A program made the position numbers and the translations under genes. A stretch of 64,000 bases of DNA from Planctomycetota bacterium (GTDB lineage Bacteria > Planctomycetota > UBA1135 > UBA2386): assembly GCA_965228735.1 (NCBI GenBank), contig OZ245838.1, positions 1,403,011 to 1,467,010 of the forward strand, given 5' to 3'. This document shows, one piece after another, positions 22,261 to 31,439 of the stretch (its first letter is position 1; the number at the start of each line of letters is the position of its first letter). The notes under the pieces were generated by a model. It searched no databases and was not told the origin of the DNA. It saw nothing but the letters and a program-made list of their open reading frames with translations.

Positions 22261-23228
22261 CGGTAATAGATCTCGAGCGTCAGGAGGTGGACCGCGCTGG
22301 TGCCGACGCGCCCGAAGCGTTCGCCGAACGCGCCGGCCGGGTCCCACGTTCCCGGCCGCGGATCCGCGGGCTGCTGCTGTGACTTCACGACGGTAAGCAG
22401 GCGCTTCGAGCCGTCCTTCCAGGTCGCGCCGCCGATCTGGAACGCCGTCACGGTGCAGTAGAACGTCGTCCACGGATCGGCCATGAGGTCGTCCGGCCAC
22501 GGCACTGCCGGGAACGTCGGGCGGTCATCCACCGCACTCGCAGCCGAGATGCGCACCGTTCGGCGCAGCACCTCGACCGCGCGTTCGCGGTCGCTGCGCG
22601 GCCTCGTCGCGTGCCATCGCCCGGTCAACGCCGTGAGTGCCGCCGTTGGGCGGGCGAGCCGCTGGTACGAGTCATCCGCGCGCGCCGCGTGACCCGTCCT
22701 CTCCGCGTCATCGACGGGACGCGGCCCCGCCCGCAACGACCGCAGCACGACCTCGGCCCAGAACCGTTGCTCGGCTCCGATCGGCGGCCGACGGACCGTG
22801 AGCTCCCGCACGAGCGCGTCGACGGCGCGCCGGGCCCGATCCGCCCGCACGATGCCGGGCGCCGCCCGCAGGTCCTCGGCCAGGACGAGCGTGGCGAACG
22901 TGTGATCGAGCAGCCAGTCCGGCTCAGCGCGGAAGCCGATGCGACCCTGCTCGTCCTGGCGCCCCCGCAGCCACCGCAGCCCGGCAACGATCGCTTCCCG
23001 ATTCCGACCGTACGCCGACGACTGCCCATCGCCGAGGAAGCACAGCAGCATCCAGGCCGTCACGCGCAGGTCCGCGGCGGTTGGCTCGCCGTCCTCGCGG
23101 GCACTCCAGCGCCCGTCCCGGAGCTGCAGGGACGCGAGCTGCAGGGACGCGAGCTGGGCCCGCGACGTTGCCAGCAGCCCGAGCACCGCGACGACGAGGA
23201 GCACGGGCCGCTGTCGGAGACCAGACAC
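22233..23228 (-). CDS. Secreted prenyltransferase/squalene-oxidase-repeat (alpha/alpha barrel) protein, paralog 1
   Basis: Signal-peptide-like N-terminus; QW-like motifs (QLRDGRW, GRQDEQGRIG); C-terminal GRVGTSAVHLLTLEIYYRY. Start uncertain (GTG 23228 or CTG 23264). Confidence 0.65.
   Translation of the reverse strand: MSGLRQRPVLLVVAVLGLLATSRAQLASLQLASLQLRDGRWSAREDGEPTAADLRVTAWMLLCFLGDGQSSAYGRNREAIVAGLRWLRGRQDEQGRIGFRAEPDWLLDHTFATLVLAEDLRAAPGIVRADRARRAVDALVRELTVRRPPIGAEQRFWAEVVLRSLRAGPRPVDDAERTGHAARADDSYQRLARPTAALTALTGRWHATRPRSDRERAVEVLRRTVRISAASAVDDRPTFPAVPWPDDLMADPWTTFYCTVTAFQIGGATWKDGSKRLLTVVKSQQQPADPRPGTWDPAGAFGERFGRVGTSAVHLLTLEIYYRYCALPVFE
23121..23156. repeat. 15-bp tandem repeat x2.4 (gagctgcagggacgc) encoding QLASL-QLASL-QL
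   Basis: Read directly; absent from the equivalent region of the neighbouring paralog. Confidence 0.9.
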
Positions 23229-23286
23229 GTGGGTTCCAACGGTCCGACTCGCGCCGCGGTTCAGCTCCGGTTCACCCCGCGCGCGA

Positions 23287-24312
23287 TCACTGAATGAACG
23301 CGAGCGTACAGTAGCGGTAGTAGCACTCGAGGGTGAGCATGTGCACGGCGCTCGTGCCGAGGCGCCCCCAGCGGTCGCCGAACTCACCCTGCGGCTGCCA
23401 CAGCCCGCGGTGCTCGCCGTTCGGCTCCTCGTTCTGCGCGTCGACCACCTGCCGCAGCTCGCGATAGGCACCCGCGTAGGCCTCCCGACTCGACCGCAGC
23501 GCGGCCATCGCGAGGTAGAACGTCGTCATCGGGTCCGCGAGCGGGTCGTCGGGCCAGCCCGGCGGCCGCGTGCCCTCGTCGCTCTTCGGCCACGGACCGC
23601 GCAACGCATCGGGACGGTCGGGGCCGGCGAACGTGACCAGGACCTGGGCCGCGGCCCGGTCGCGCGGCGTACGGGGTTCTGCTTTCGGCAACCCGGACAG
23701 CGCCGATTCCAACACCGCAGCGGCGTCATCGAGCGCGGTGCGGAACGCGCTGCCCGCCTGGCCGCGATCGTCGTGCGGATGCTTCCGCCGCAGCGCCCGG
23801 ACAATGCCGGCGGACCAGAGGCGCAGCTCCGCCGTCGGCACCGGGCGCGCCCGCTCGATCCCGGAGACCAACGCGGCAACCGCATTCAACGCCCATCGCA
23901 CGCGCAGAGTCACCTTGCCCGGCGGCCGCGCCCGCACGTCCTCGACGAACGCGAGCGTCGCGAGCGCGTGGTCGAGCAGCCAATCCGGATCGGCGCGCAG
24001 CCCGATCCGACCGGCCTCGTCCTGCTGCCGCGCGAGCCAGCGCATCCCGCGCCGGATCGCCGCGCGGTCCCGGCCCGACCCCGAACACTGCCCGTCGCCG
24101 AGGTGCGCGAGCAGCACGAGCGTCGTGACGCGGAGATCGGCACGGTCGGGCGCACCGTCGGCCCGCGCGGCCCAACGACCGTCCTCGGACTGCCGCTCCG
24201 CGAGTTGCGCCGGCAGCGTCGCCAGGACGCTCGCGAGCGTCGTGGCAACGACGGTGAGACGACTTCGCAGGAACACGACAGCTCGAACGGCGCGCCGAGC
24301 GGATCGGTTCAC
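23287..24312 (-). CDS. Secreted prenyltransferase/squalene-oxidase-repeat protein, paralog 2
   Basis: RQSEDGRW, RQQDEAGRIGLRADPDWLLDH and GRLGTSAVHMLTLECYYRY closely match paralog 1. Confidence 0.7.
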   Translation of the reverse strand: MNRSARRAVRAVVFLRSRLTVVATTLASVLATLPAQLAERQSEDGRWAARADGAPDRADLRVTTLVLLAHLGDGQCSGSGRDRAAIRRGMRWLARQQDEAGRIGLRADPDWLLDHALATLAFVEDVRARPPGKVTLRVRWALNAVAALVSGIERARPVPTAELRLWSAGIVRALRRKHPHDDRGQAGSAFRTALDDAAAVLESALSGLPKAEPRTPRDRAAAQVLVTFAGPDRPDALRGPWPKSDEGTRPPGWPDDPLADPMTTFYLAMAALRSSREAYAGAYRELRQVVDAQNEEPNGEHRGLWQPQGEFGDRWGRLGTSAVHMLTLECYYRYCTLAFIQ

Positions 24313-24328
24313 GCCCGAACGGCGAAGA

Positions 24329-26746
24329 TCAGCCGCGCAGCTCGGCCCCGATGCTCGCGGCCTGCTCGCGCACCTTCTTCAGGAACTTGCTCTCGTCCTT
24401 GTCCGCGAGCGTGCGGTCGTCCGCGCCGAGCGTGACCGTGAAGTTGAGGCTCTTCTTGCCGGCGGGCACGTGCTCGCCGCGGTAGGCCTCGAAGAGCTCG
24501 ACGTGGCGCACGAGCTTGCGTCCCACCTGCCGCAGGAAGTCAGAGGCGGCCTTGACCTGCACGCCCTCGTCGACGAGCAGCGCGACGTCGACGGGCAGCG
24601 GCGGGAACGTCGGCACGGGCGCGTACTGCGCGATCTGCCGACCCGCGACGATCAGCGCCCGCACGTCGAGGCACGCGATCGCCACCGTCTTCGGCAGATC
24701 GAGCGCCCGCGCGACGCCGGGGTGCAGATGCGCGACGTAGCCGACGGGCGAGCCGTCGCGATCGATCGCGACCGCGCGCTGCGGGTGCACCCACGGCTGG
24801 TCCTTGCCGTGCCAGACGCGTTCGAGCACGGCCGGGTAGCCACCACGACCGAGCATCGCCTGCACCGCCTCGCGCAGTTCACCGAACGGATGCTCGCCGT
24901 CGCGCCGGGCGAATACGATCGCGATCTCGCGGACCTCGTGCGCGAGCACGTGGTCCTCGCCCTTCATCTCCGCGTGGTAGCCCTTGCCGTGCTCGACGAG
25001 CCGCACCTCGCCCTGTTCGCGCAGGTTCGGCGCGAGGTTACCGAGCAGACTCGGCAGCACGTGCCGGCGGATGCGGGTCATCTCGGGCGCGACCGGGTTG
25101 GTCGCTCGCAGGTAGGCGTGACCGCCGGCGCCGCACGCCTGCACGGCCGCGTCACCGATGAACGTGTAGTTGTAGGCCTCGCTGCAGCCGAGGTCGAAGC
25201 ACGCACTCTCGACGAGCCGGCGCGACAACCCGAGCTCATCGTTCCGCGGCGGCGGCTCGATCGTGCCCGTGAGCGGCTTCTCCGGAATGTTGTCGTAGCG
25301 GAACATCCGACCGACCTCCTCGATGAGGTCGTCCTCGGCGTTGATGTCCTTCGTCGCGCGGAAACTCGGCACGCGCACGGTGAAGCCCGTCTCCGTGACG
25401 TCGACGCCGAACTGCAGCGACTCGAAGATCGCCTGGACCTGTGCGTCGTCGAGCTCGTGACCGAGCTTCTGGTGCAGCCGCGCCCGCCGCAGCTCGACCA
25501 CCGGTGGCTCGAAGTCGAAGCCAGCCGGGTCGACGAGCGGGCCCGCCGCGCGCGCGTCGGGACAGTGCTCCTGCAGCAGGCGAACGAAGTGGTGCACCGC
25601 GAGCTCGGCATTGGCCGGGTCCTGCGCCTTCTCGAAGCGCGCGCTCGCGTCGGTCCGCAGCCCGAGCCGCATGCTCGTGCGCCGGATCGTCGTCGCGTGG
25701 AAGTTGGCCGACTCGAGGAAGAGCGTGGACGTGCCCTCCTCGACCATCGTGCCGGCTCCACCCATGACGCCGGCGAGCGCCTCCGGCGTGTCGCCGGAGC
25801 AGATCAGCAGGTCCGTGGTCTCGAGCGCGCGTTCCTGGCCGTCGAGCGTCGTCATCGCCTCACCGTCGCGAGCGAACCGGACCCGCACGGGCCCGTCCCC
25901 GACGTGCCGGCGATCGAACGCGTGCATCGGCTGCCCGAGATCGAGCATCACGAAGTTGGTCAGGTCGACCGGCAGGTTGATCGCGCGCTGCCCGACCGCG
26001 GCGAGCAGCCAGCGCAGCTCGTTCGGCGACGGGCCGCTGTCGACGCCATCGATGACGAGACCGCAGTAGCGCGGACACGCCGCCTTCGCCGCCTCGTCGA
26101 TCTCGATCGGCAGCGCGTCGCCCTCGGTCGGGAAGTCGAGACGCTCGGTCACGGGCTTGCACTCGAGCCCGTAGATCGCCGCGAGTTCGCGCGCGAAGCC
26201 GTAGTGCCCCCAGAGGTCGGGTCGGTGGTTCACCGACTTGTTGTCGATCTCGAAGACCCAGTCCTGCACGGGACAGACGTCGACGAACTTCGCGCCGATC
26301 GGGGTCTTCTCGGGCAACACGAAGATGCCGTCGGCCTCCTCGGACAGGCCGAGCTCGGCCTCCGAGCAGATCATGCCGTGCGACTCGACGCCGCGGATCT
26401 TGCCGACCTTGATCTTGAGCGCGCCCTTGTTGCCAACGGGCGGCAGCGTGTCACCCGGGCGGATCACGACGACGCGCTGACCGGCCGCGACGTTGGGCGC
26501 GCCGCAGACGATCTGCACGACGCCGCCGGCGTCCTGCAGGTCGACCGTGCAGACCGACAGCTTGTCGGCGTCGGGGTGCTTCTCGCGCTTGCGCACGTGC
26601 CCGACGACGAGGCACTCGAGCCCGTCGCCGAAGCGCTCGAGCCCTTCGATCTCGGCCGTGCTCATCGTCAGATCGGCGAGGATCTGCTTGGGGTCGAGGT
26701 GCGAGACGTCGACGTGCCGCGACAGCCAACGGAGCGAGAGCTTCAT
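24329..26746 (-). CDS. pheT: Phenylalanine--tRNA ligase beta subunit
   Basis: MKLSLRWL, HPDADKL, VCGAPNV, IDNKSVNHRPDL, DASARFEK, C-terminal FDX-ACB domain; ATG overlaps the pheS stop. Confidence 0.97.
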   Translation of the reverse strand: MKLSLRWLSRHVDVSHLDPKQILADLTMSTAEIEGLERFGDGLECLVVGHVRKREKHPDADKLSVCTVDLQDAGGVVQIVCGAPNVAAGQRVVVIRPGDTLPPVGNKGALKIKVGKIRGVESHGMICSEAELGLSEEADGIFVLPEKTPIGAKFVDVCPVQDWVFEIDNKSVNHRPDLWGHYGFARELAAIYGLECKPVTERLDFPTEGDALPIEIDEAAKAACPRYCGLVIDGVDSGPSPNELRWLLAAVGQRAINLPVDLTNFVMLDLGQPMHAFDRRHVGDGPVRVRFARDGEAMTTLDGQERALETTDLLICSGDTPEALAGVMGGAGTMVEEGTSTLFLESANFHATTIRRTSMRLGLRTDASARFEKAQDPANAELAVHHFVRLLQEHCPDARAAGPLVDPAGFDFEPPVVELRRARLHQKLGHELDDAQVQAIFESLQFGVDVTETGFTVRVPSFRATKDINAEDDLIEEVGRMFRYDNIPEKPLTGTIEPPPRNDELGLSRRLVESACFDLGCSEAYNYTFIGDAAVQACGAGGHAYLRATNPVAPEMTRIRRHVLPSLLGNLAPNLREQGEVRLVEHGKGYHAEMKGEDHVLAHEVREIAIVFARRDGEHPFGELREAVQAMLGRGGYPAVLERVWHGKDQPWVHPQRAVAIDRDGSPVGYVAHLHPGVARALDLPKTVAIACLDVRALIVAGRQIAQYAPVPTFPPLPVDVALLVDEGVQVKAASDFLRQVGRKLVRHVELFEAYRGEHVPAGKKSLNFTVTLGADDRTLADKDESKFLKKVREQAASIGAELRG

Positions 26747-27786
26747 CGCGGCACCTCCTGGAACTGGCGCAGGAAGCGCTGATCGCCGCCCATGAACTGC
26801 CGGATGTCGTCGATGCCGTAGCGCAGCATCACGACGCGCTGCAGCCCCATGCCGAACGCGAACCCGGTGTACTCCTCGGGGTCGATGCCGCCTTCCCTCA
26901 GCACGTGCGGATGCACCATCCCGCACGGGAGGATCTCGATCCACCCGGACTGCTTGCAGACCGAGCAGCCCTTGCCGCCGCAGAACGGACAGTTGACGTC
27001 GAGCTCGAAACCCGGCTCGACGAACGGGAAGTAGCCGGGCCGCAGCCGCACCTCGACGTCGCGCTCGAGCACGACGCGCAGGCACGTCTTCATCGTGTGG
27101 ATCAGGTTGGCGACGCTCACGTCCTTGTCCACGACGAGCCCTTCCATCTGGTAGAAGGTGTGCTCGTGCGTCTTGTCGACGGTCTCGCACCGGAAGCACC
27201 GGCCGGGAACGATGACGCGCAGCGGCGGCTCGAAGCCGTTCTTCGTGAGCTTCTGCATCGTGCGCACCTGCACGGGGGACGTGTGCGTGCGCAGCAGACT
27301 GCCGTCATCGAGCCAGAACGTGTCCTGACTCTCGCGCGCCGGGTGATCGCCCGGGATGTTGAGAGCGTCGAAGTTGTAGTACTCGCTCTCGACCTCGGGC
27401 CCGTCTTCCTGGCGGAAGCCCATGGACTGGAACAGGTCGACGAGCTCGCTCTGCACGATCGTGATCGGGTGCAAAGCACCGCGCGCGAACGCGGGCCCGG
27501 GCTCGGTCGGGTCGAAGTCGGTCGCCGCGAGCTCCTGCTCGAGCGCCTGCTGCTCGAAGCGTTCGCGCGCCGCGTTCAGCTCCTGCTCGAGCGCCTGCTT
27601 GACCTGGTTGGCGGCCTTGCCGAACGCCGGCCGCTCCTCCTTCGGCAGCGAGGTCACGGACCGGACGAGCTGCATCACCTCGCCCTTCGGTCCGAAGAGG
27701 CGCTTGTCGACGGCGGCGAGCTCGTCGCCCGTCGCCGCCGCGGCGATCGCGGCCGACCAGTCTTCTTGCTGTTGGTTCAGGTCCAT
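26743..27786 (-). CDS. pheS: Phenylalanine--tRNA ligase alpha subunit
   Basis: GALHPIT, YNFDALNIPGDHPAR, LLRTHTSPVQVR, FYQMEG, YFPFVEPG, GFAFGMG. Carries a CPFCGGKGCSVCK Zn-type motif. Start ATG 27786. Confidence 0.97.
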   Translation of the reverse strand: MDLNQQQEDWSAAIAAAATGDELAAVDKRLFGPKGEVMQLVRSVTSLPKEERPAFGKAANQVKQALEQELNAARERFEQQALEQELAATDFDPTEPGPAFARGALHPITIVQSELVDLFQSMGFRQEDGPEVESEYYNFDALNIPGDHPARESQDTFWLDDGSLLRTHTSPVQVRTMQKLTKNGFEPPLRVIVPGRCFRCETVDKTHEHTFYQMEGLVVDKDVSVANLIHTMKTCLRVVLERDVEVRLRPGYFPFVEPGFELDVNCPFCGGKGCSVCKQSGWIEILPCGMVHPHVLREGGIDPEEYTGFAFGMGLQRVVMLRYGIDDIRQFMGGDQRFLRQFQEVPR

Positions 27787-27942
27787 GGGACGAGCATTCG
27801 GAATCGAGCCGGCGAGCGATGGCCCCGAACCACTGAGCTGCAGAGCTGCGGAGGAGCCGGAACTAGAGAGGGGCCTAGAAACGACAAAGGGCACTGGCAA
27901 TCGCCAGCGCCCTTCGGTGTCGACCGGGGGAGGCGGTCGCGC

Positions 27943-28299
27943 TCAGGCGATGGCGGCCTTGGCCTGCCCGACGATCGTCTCGAAGGTCTTGGGATCGTGG
28001 ATCGCGATCTCCGAGAGTTCCTTGCGATTGAGCGTGATGCCGGCCTTCTGCACGCCGTGAATGAACAGCGAGTAGCGCAGGCCGTGCAGCTTGGCGGCCG
28101 CAGTCAGGCGGGTGATCCACAGCGACCGGAACACGCGCTTCTTCGCGCGGCGGTCGCGGTAGGCGAACGCGTCACCGCGAATGCCCGTGATCTTGGCCTG
28201 CTTGTAGAGATTGCCGCGGCTCTGACGGAAGCCCTTGGCGCGCTTGAGGACGCGGTTGCGACGCTGCCGGGTCGCGGGACTGTTGGTTGCGCGTGACAT
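27943..28299 (-). CDS. rplT: 50S ribosomal protein L20
   Basis: AKGF, AYRDRRAKKRVFRSLWITR, LNRKELSEIA. Confidence 0.97.
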   Translation of the reverse strand: MSRATNSPATRQRRNRVLKRAKGFRQSRGNLYKQAKITGIRGDAFAYRDRRAKKRVFRSLWITRLTAAAKLHGLRYSLFIHGVQKAGITLNRKELSEIAIHDPKTFETIVGQAKAAIA

Positions 28300-28317
28300 G
28301 CTTGCTTACCGCTTTCG

Positions 28318-28515
28318 TTAGGCCCCACCCAGGAGCATCCGCAGGTTGACGCCGGTCTTGCCGGGCACGATCGCGGCGCGGCGCAGGTGGCGCTTCCGCT
28401 TGGTGCTCCGGCGCACCATGATGTGCGACGTAAAGGCGTGGTGGAACTTCACCTTGCCGGTCTTGGTCAGCTTCATGCGCTTGACCACGGCCTTCTTGGT
28501 CTTCTGCTTCGTCAT
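28318..28515 (-). CDS. rpmI: 50S ribosomal protein L35
   Basis: MTKQKTKKAVVKRMKLTKTGKV...H...KRKRHLR, 65 aa, directly upstream of rplT. Confidence 0.95.
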   Translation of the reverse strand: MTKQKTKKAVVKRMKLTKTGKVKFHHAFTSHIMVRRSTKRKRHLRRAAIVPGKTGVNLRMLLGGA

Positions 28516-28673
28516 CGCCGAATCGGTGGGTGCAGTCCGAGGACTTCGGACAGCAAGGCGAAGCAAGTTAGCGACGGGCCCGACCCCCAGCAAGCGTCCG
28601 AGCGGAAAACTCTGGCTTCGGGCCCGGGACGCGGTGAAAACCCCTCGCAGCCCTGCCATTAGGGCCGCCGCGC

Positions 28674-29507
28674 ATGGATCTCACCGCTGCCCTCCTCCAG
28701 TTCCTGGCCTTCCTCCTGCTGGGGCTCGGCCTCGCCGAACCTGCGGTCCGCCGATACGGCCTCGCCGCTGGCGGTCTCGCGGCCCTGTTCGGGCTGGTCC
28801 ACGGCGCCACCGGGCCCGCGGAGCGGACGCTGATGCCGGTCCACCACTACGCCGGCTACGAGGGCAGCGCGCTCGAGGTCAGCATGGTCGCGTTCCCGAC
28901 GATGCCGCTCGACGAGCCGTTTGCCGCGCCGGGCTGGCAGTGGTCGCTGCCGTTCCTCGGGTTCGTTCTGGTCTGGGGCACGATCACGGTGCTGCTCGGC
29001 AAGAAGACCCTGAAGAGCCCGTTCCTGCTGCCGATGCTCTACGCCTGGAGTGCGGCCACGGCGTGGCTGGCCATGCAGGCGCTCGCGGCGCCGAGCGCCG
29101 TCGTGCAGCCGGTCGGCATCGACCGCTTCCTGTGGCCGGCCGGCCTCGCGCTGTCGCTGCTCGTCGCCCGCCAGGCGCGCGGCATCCTCGTCGTGATCAT
29201 CATGGTCAGCGCGTCGATGCTCGCGATCCGGCTGCCGATCGCGATGTTCAGCAAGTATGCGTCCGACGAACGCCTCGGCACCTCGCTCGACATCACGGCC
29301 GTCACCGAGTCGACCGACGCGGAGATCGTCAACCCGATGACGCAGATGACGTTCGATCCAGGCCTGGCCCCGGGCTCCGACGACCAGCAGTTCTGGCTGA
29401 TCTGGCTCGAACACTTGATCATCTTCCCGGCGCTCTACACCCTGAGCCTGTTCGGCATCGCGCTCGGCGTGCACCTCTGGCACAAGCACCGAGACGATCC
29501 GGAGTAG
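28674..29507 (+). CDS. Hypothetical polytopic membrane protein (277 aa)
   Basis: Several hydrophobic helices and two soluble loops; GC3-rich codon usage; no family recognised. Confidence 0.6.
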   Translation: MDLTAALLQFLAFLLLGLGLAEPAVRRYGLAAGGLAALFGLVHGATGPAERTLMPVHHYAGYEGSALEVSMVAFPTMPLDEPFAAPGWQWSLPFLGFVLVWGTITVLLGKKTLKSPFLLPMLYAWSAATAWLAMQALAAPSAVVQPVGIDRFLWPAGLALSLLVARQARGILVVIIMVSASMLAIRLPIAMFSKYASDERLGTSLDITAVTESTDAEIVNPMTQMTFDPGLAPGSDDQQFWLIWLEHLIIFPALYTLSLFGIALGVHLWHKHRDDPE

Positions 29508-29622
29508 AGCGGAGGCGCACCGGAGTCTGCCGAACGGTACCGCTCCGTACGGTACCGGGTTCACGTTGCCGGCCGTGAGGGCGTTGCCTCACGGCTGGCG
29601 TCCGGCCGGCCGGCAGCTTCCC

Positions 29623-31314
29623 CTACTGCTTCTTGTCGGCCTTGCGCTCGAGCTCGTCGGCGAGCTTCGGGGCGTCGTAGATCTTGCGCAGGGACTCGAT
29701 GATGATCGCCGGGTGGACGGAGACCGAGCGGGTGATCTCGTCGTCGTAGACGTAGCGGTTGCCGAGCATCTCGATGTTGCCGTCGAAGATCAGGCCGACG
29801 ACCTCGAGGTCCTTGTTGACGACCGGTGAACCCGAGTTGCCGCCGATGATGTCGTTCGTCGCGACGAAGTTGAACGGCGTCGTCAGGTCGAGCTGCTCCT
29901 CGCGCTCGAGCCACGCCTTCGGCAGGTCGAACGGGTGCTCACCGCCGAACTCGTGGTGGCGCGCGAACAGGCCGTAGAGCGTCGTGTAGTGCGGCGCGAT
30001 CGTGCCGTTGTACTCGTAGCCCTTGACGACGCCGTCGCTGAGGCGCAGCGACATCGTCGCGTCCGGCGGGATCTCCGTGCCGTAGACGGCGAAGCAGGCC
30101 TCACCGACCTGCTTGTTGAGCTCCGTCTCCTGCGCCTGCAGCTCGGCCATGGCGTCGCGATCACCGCTCGCCTCGACCTTCTTGGCCTGGATCGCCGCGA
30201 TCTCGTCCCAGACCTTGCCGTACTTTTCGCTGAGCTTCGGGTCCTTGGCAACGGCCGCGCGCAGCTCGTTCTCGGCCTTCTCCTTGACCGCCATGATGCG
30301 CGGGTTGCGCAGGCCGTCGAGGTAGCCCTGGAACGCCTTGCGGGCGTTCTCGATCTGCAGGATCTGCGACGTGAGCTGCTTCTTCGCCTCGGCGCTCTGC
30401 TTGGCGCGCGCATTGAGGTTGTCGAGCATCGCATGGATGCGCTGCAGCATGCCCGGGTAGTAGTGATCGCGCCGGTACTCGCACTGCGCGAGCGTCTGCA
30501 GCCGGCCCGTGCTGCCCGGGTTGCCCGTGACGAACACGACCTCACCCTTGGCGGCACCCTTCGTCTGCCAGTCGAAGCACATCTCGCTGCTGTCGATCGG
30601 CTTGCCGTCCTTGCCGTAGGCGCGCAGGAACGAGAAGTCGAGACCCCAGCGCGGGTAGCAGAAGTTGTCCGGATCGCCGCCGAAGTGCGCGCTCTGGCCG
30701 TGCGGGGCGCAGACGAGCCGCAGGTCGTCGTAGATCTTGTGGCTGTAGAGCATGTAGAGCCCGCCCTGGTAGAGCGAGACGACCTCGTGGTAGAGGTCGG
30801 GCTCGGCCTTCCTGGCGGCGTCCTTCACCGCCTGCTCGCCCTGGTCGCGCACCTCGGCGGTCACGTCCTTCTGCGCGACGAGCTGCGACACGACCGCGCC
30901 CGGGATCTTGACCTCGTTCTCGTAGGCGCCGGCGTAGAAGCCGTCGGTCTGCCAGTCGTTCTCACCCTGCGTCGACGCGATGAAGTCGCGCGCGCAGTGG
31001 TGGTTCGTCATCACGAGGCCGTAGGGGCTCACGAACGACGCCGAGCAGAAGTAGCTGTAGCCGTTCGCGCCGCCCTCGCGGCCGAGGCGCAGCGACGCCA
31101 TGCGGGCGTGGTCGAGCCACTTCTCCGACGGCTGCCAATCGTAGGCCTGCTGGAACCAGCCGAGCGGCGCGTGCTCGAAGGTCCACATGCGGCCGAGTTC
31201 CTTGCGCGCCTGCGCACTGGTCTCGGTCGCGAAGCCGAGGCTCGTGGCCGCGAGGAGAAGAACGGAGATGAGGGGCCGCCGCCGGCGGCCGACAGTGTCG
31301 TGCAGGTGTGTCAT
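29623..31314 (-). CDS. S46 family dipeptidyl peptidase (DPP7-like), compact form
   Basis: GRMWT, CSASFVS, TNHHC (His), FGGDPDNF..PR..LDFSFLR (Asp), DIIGGNSGSP (Ser), GLIFDGN. Confidence 0.92.
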   Translation of the reverse strand: MTHLHDTVGRRRRPLISVLLLAATSLGFATETSAQARKELGRMWTFEHAPLGWFQQAYDWQPSEKWLDHARMASLRLGREGGANGYSYFCSASFVSPYGLVMTNHHCARDFIASTQGENDWQTDGFYAGAYENEVKIPGAVVSQLVAQKDVTAEVRDQGEQAVKDAARKAEPDLYHEVVSLYQGGLYMLYSHKIYDDLRLVCAPHGQSAHFGGDPDNFCYPRWGLDFSFLRAYGKDGKPIDSSEMCFDWQTKGAAKGEVVFVTGNPGSTGRLQTLAQCEYRRDHYYPGMLQRIHAMLDNLNARAKQSAEAKKQLTSQILQIENARKAFQGYLDGLRNPRIMAVKEKAENELRAAVAKDPKLSEKYGKVWDEIAAIQAKKVEASGDRDAMAELQAQETELNKQVGEACFAVYGTEIPPDATMSLRLSDGVVKGYEYNGTIAPHYTTLYGLFARHHEFGGEHPFDLPKAWLEREEQLDLTTPFNFVATNDIIGGNSGSPVVNKDLEVVGLIFDGNIEMLGNRYVYDDEITRSVSVHPAIIIESLRKIYDAPKLADELERKADKKQ

Positions 31315-31439
31315 GCGGAATTCGTGTCTATGGCCCGCAGTCTACGCACGGGCTACGGCAGCGGCGAACCGCAGTTGCCGCCTTTTTCCAGCCAAGCCGC
31401 GGTCACTACCGCGGCAGACAAGGTGCGGTCACTACCGCG

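Noticed and set aside
22233-24312. Squalene-hopene cyclase / hopanoid genes
   Set aside because: Too short, no DXDD motif, signal peptides present, and no hpn genes nearby.
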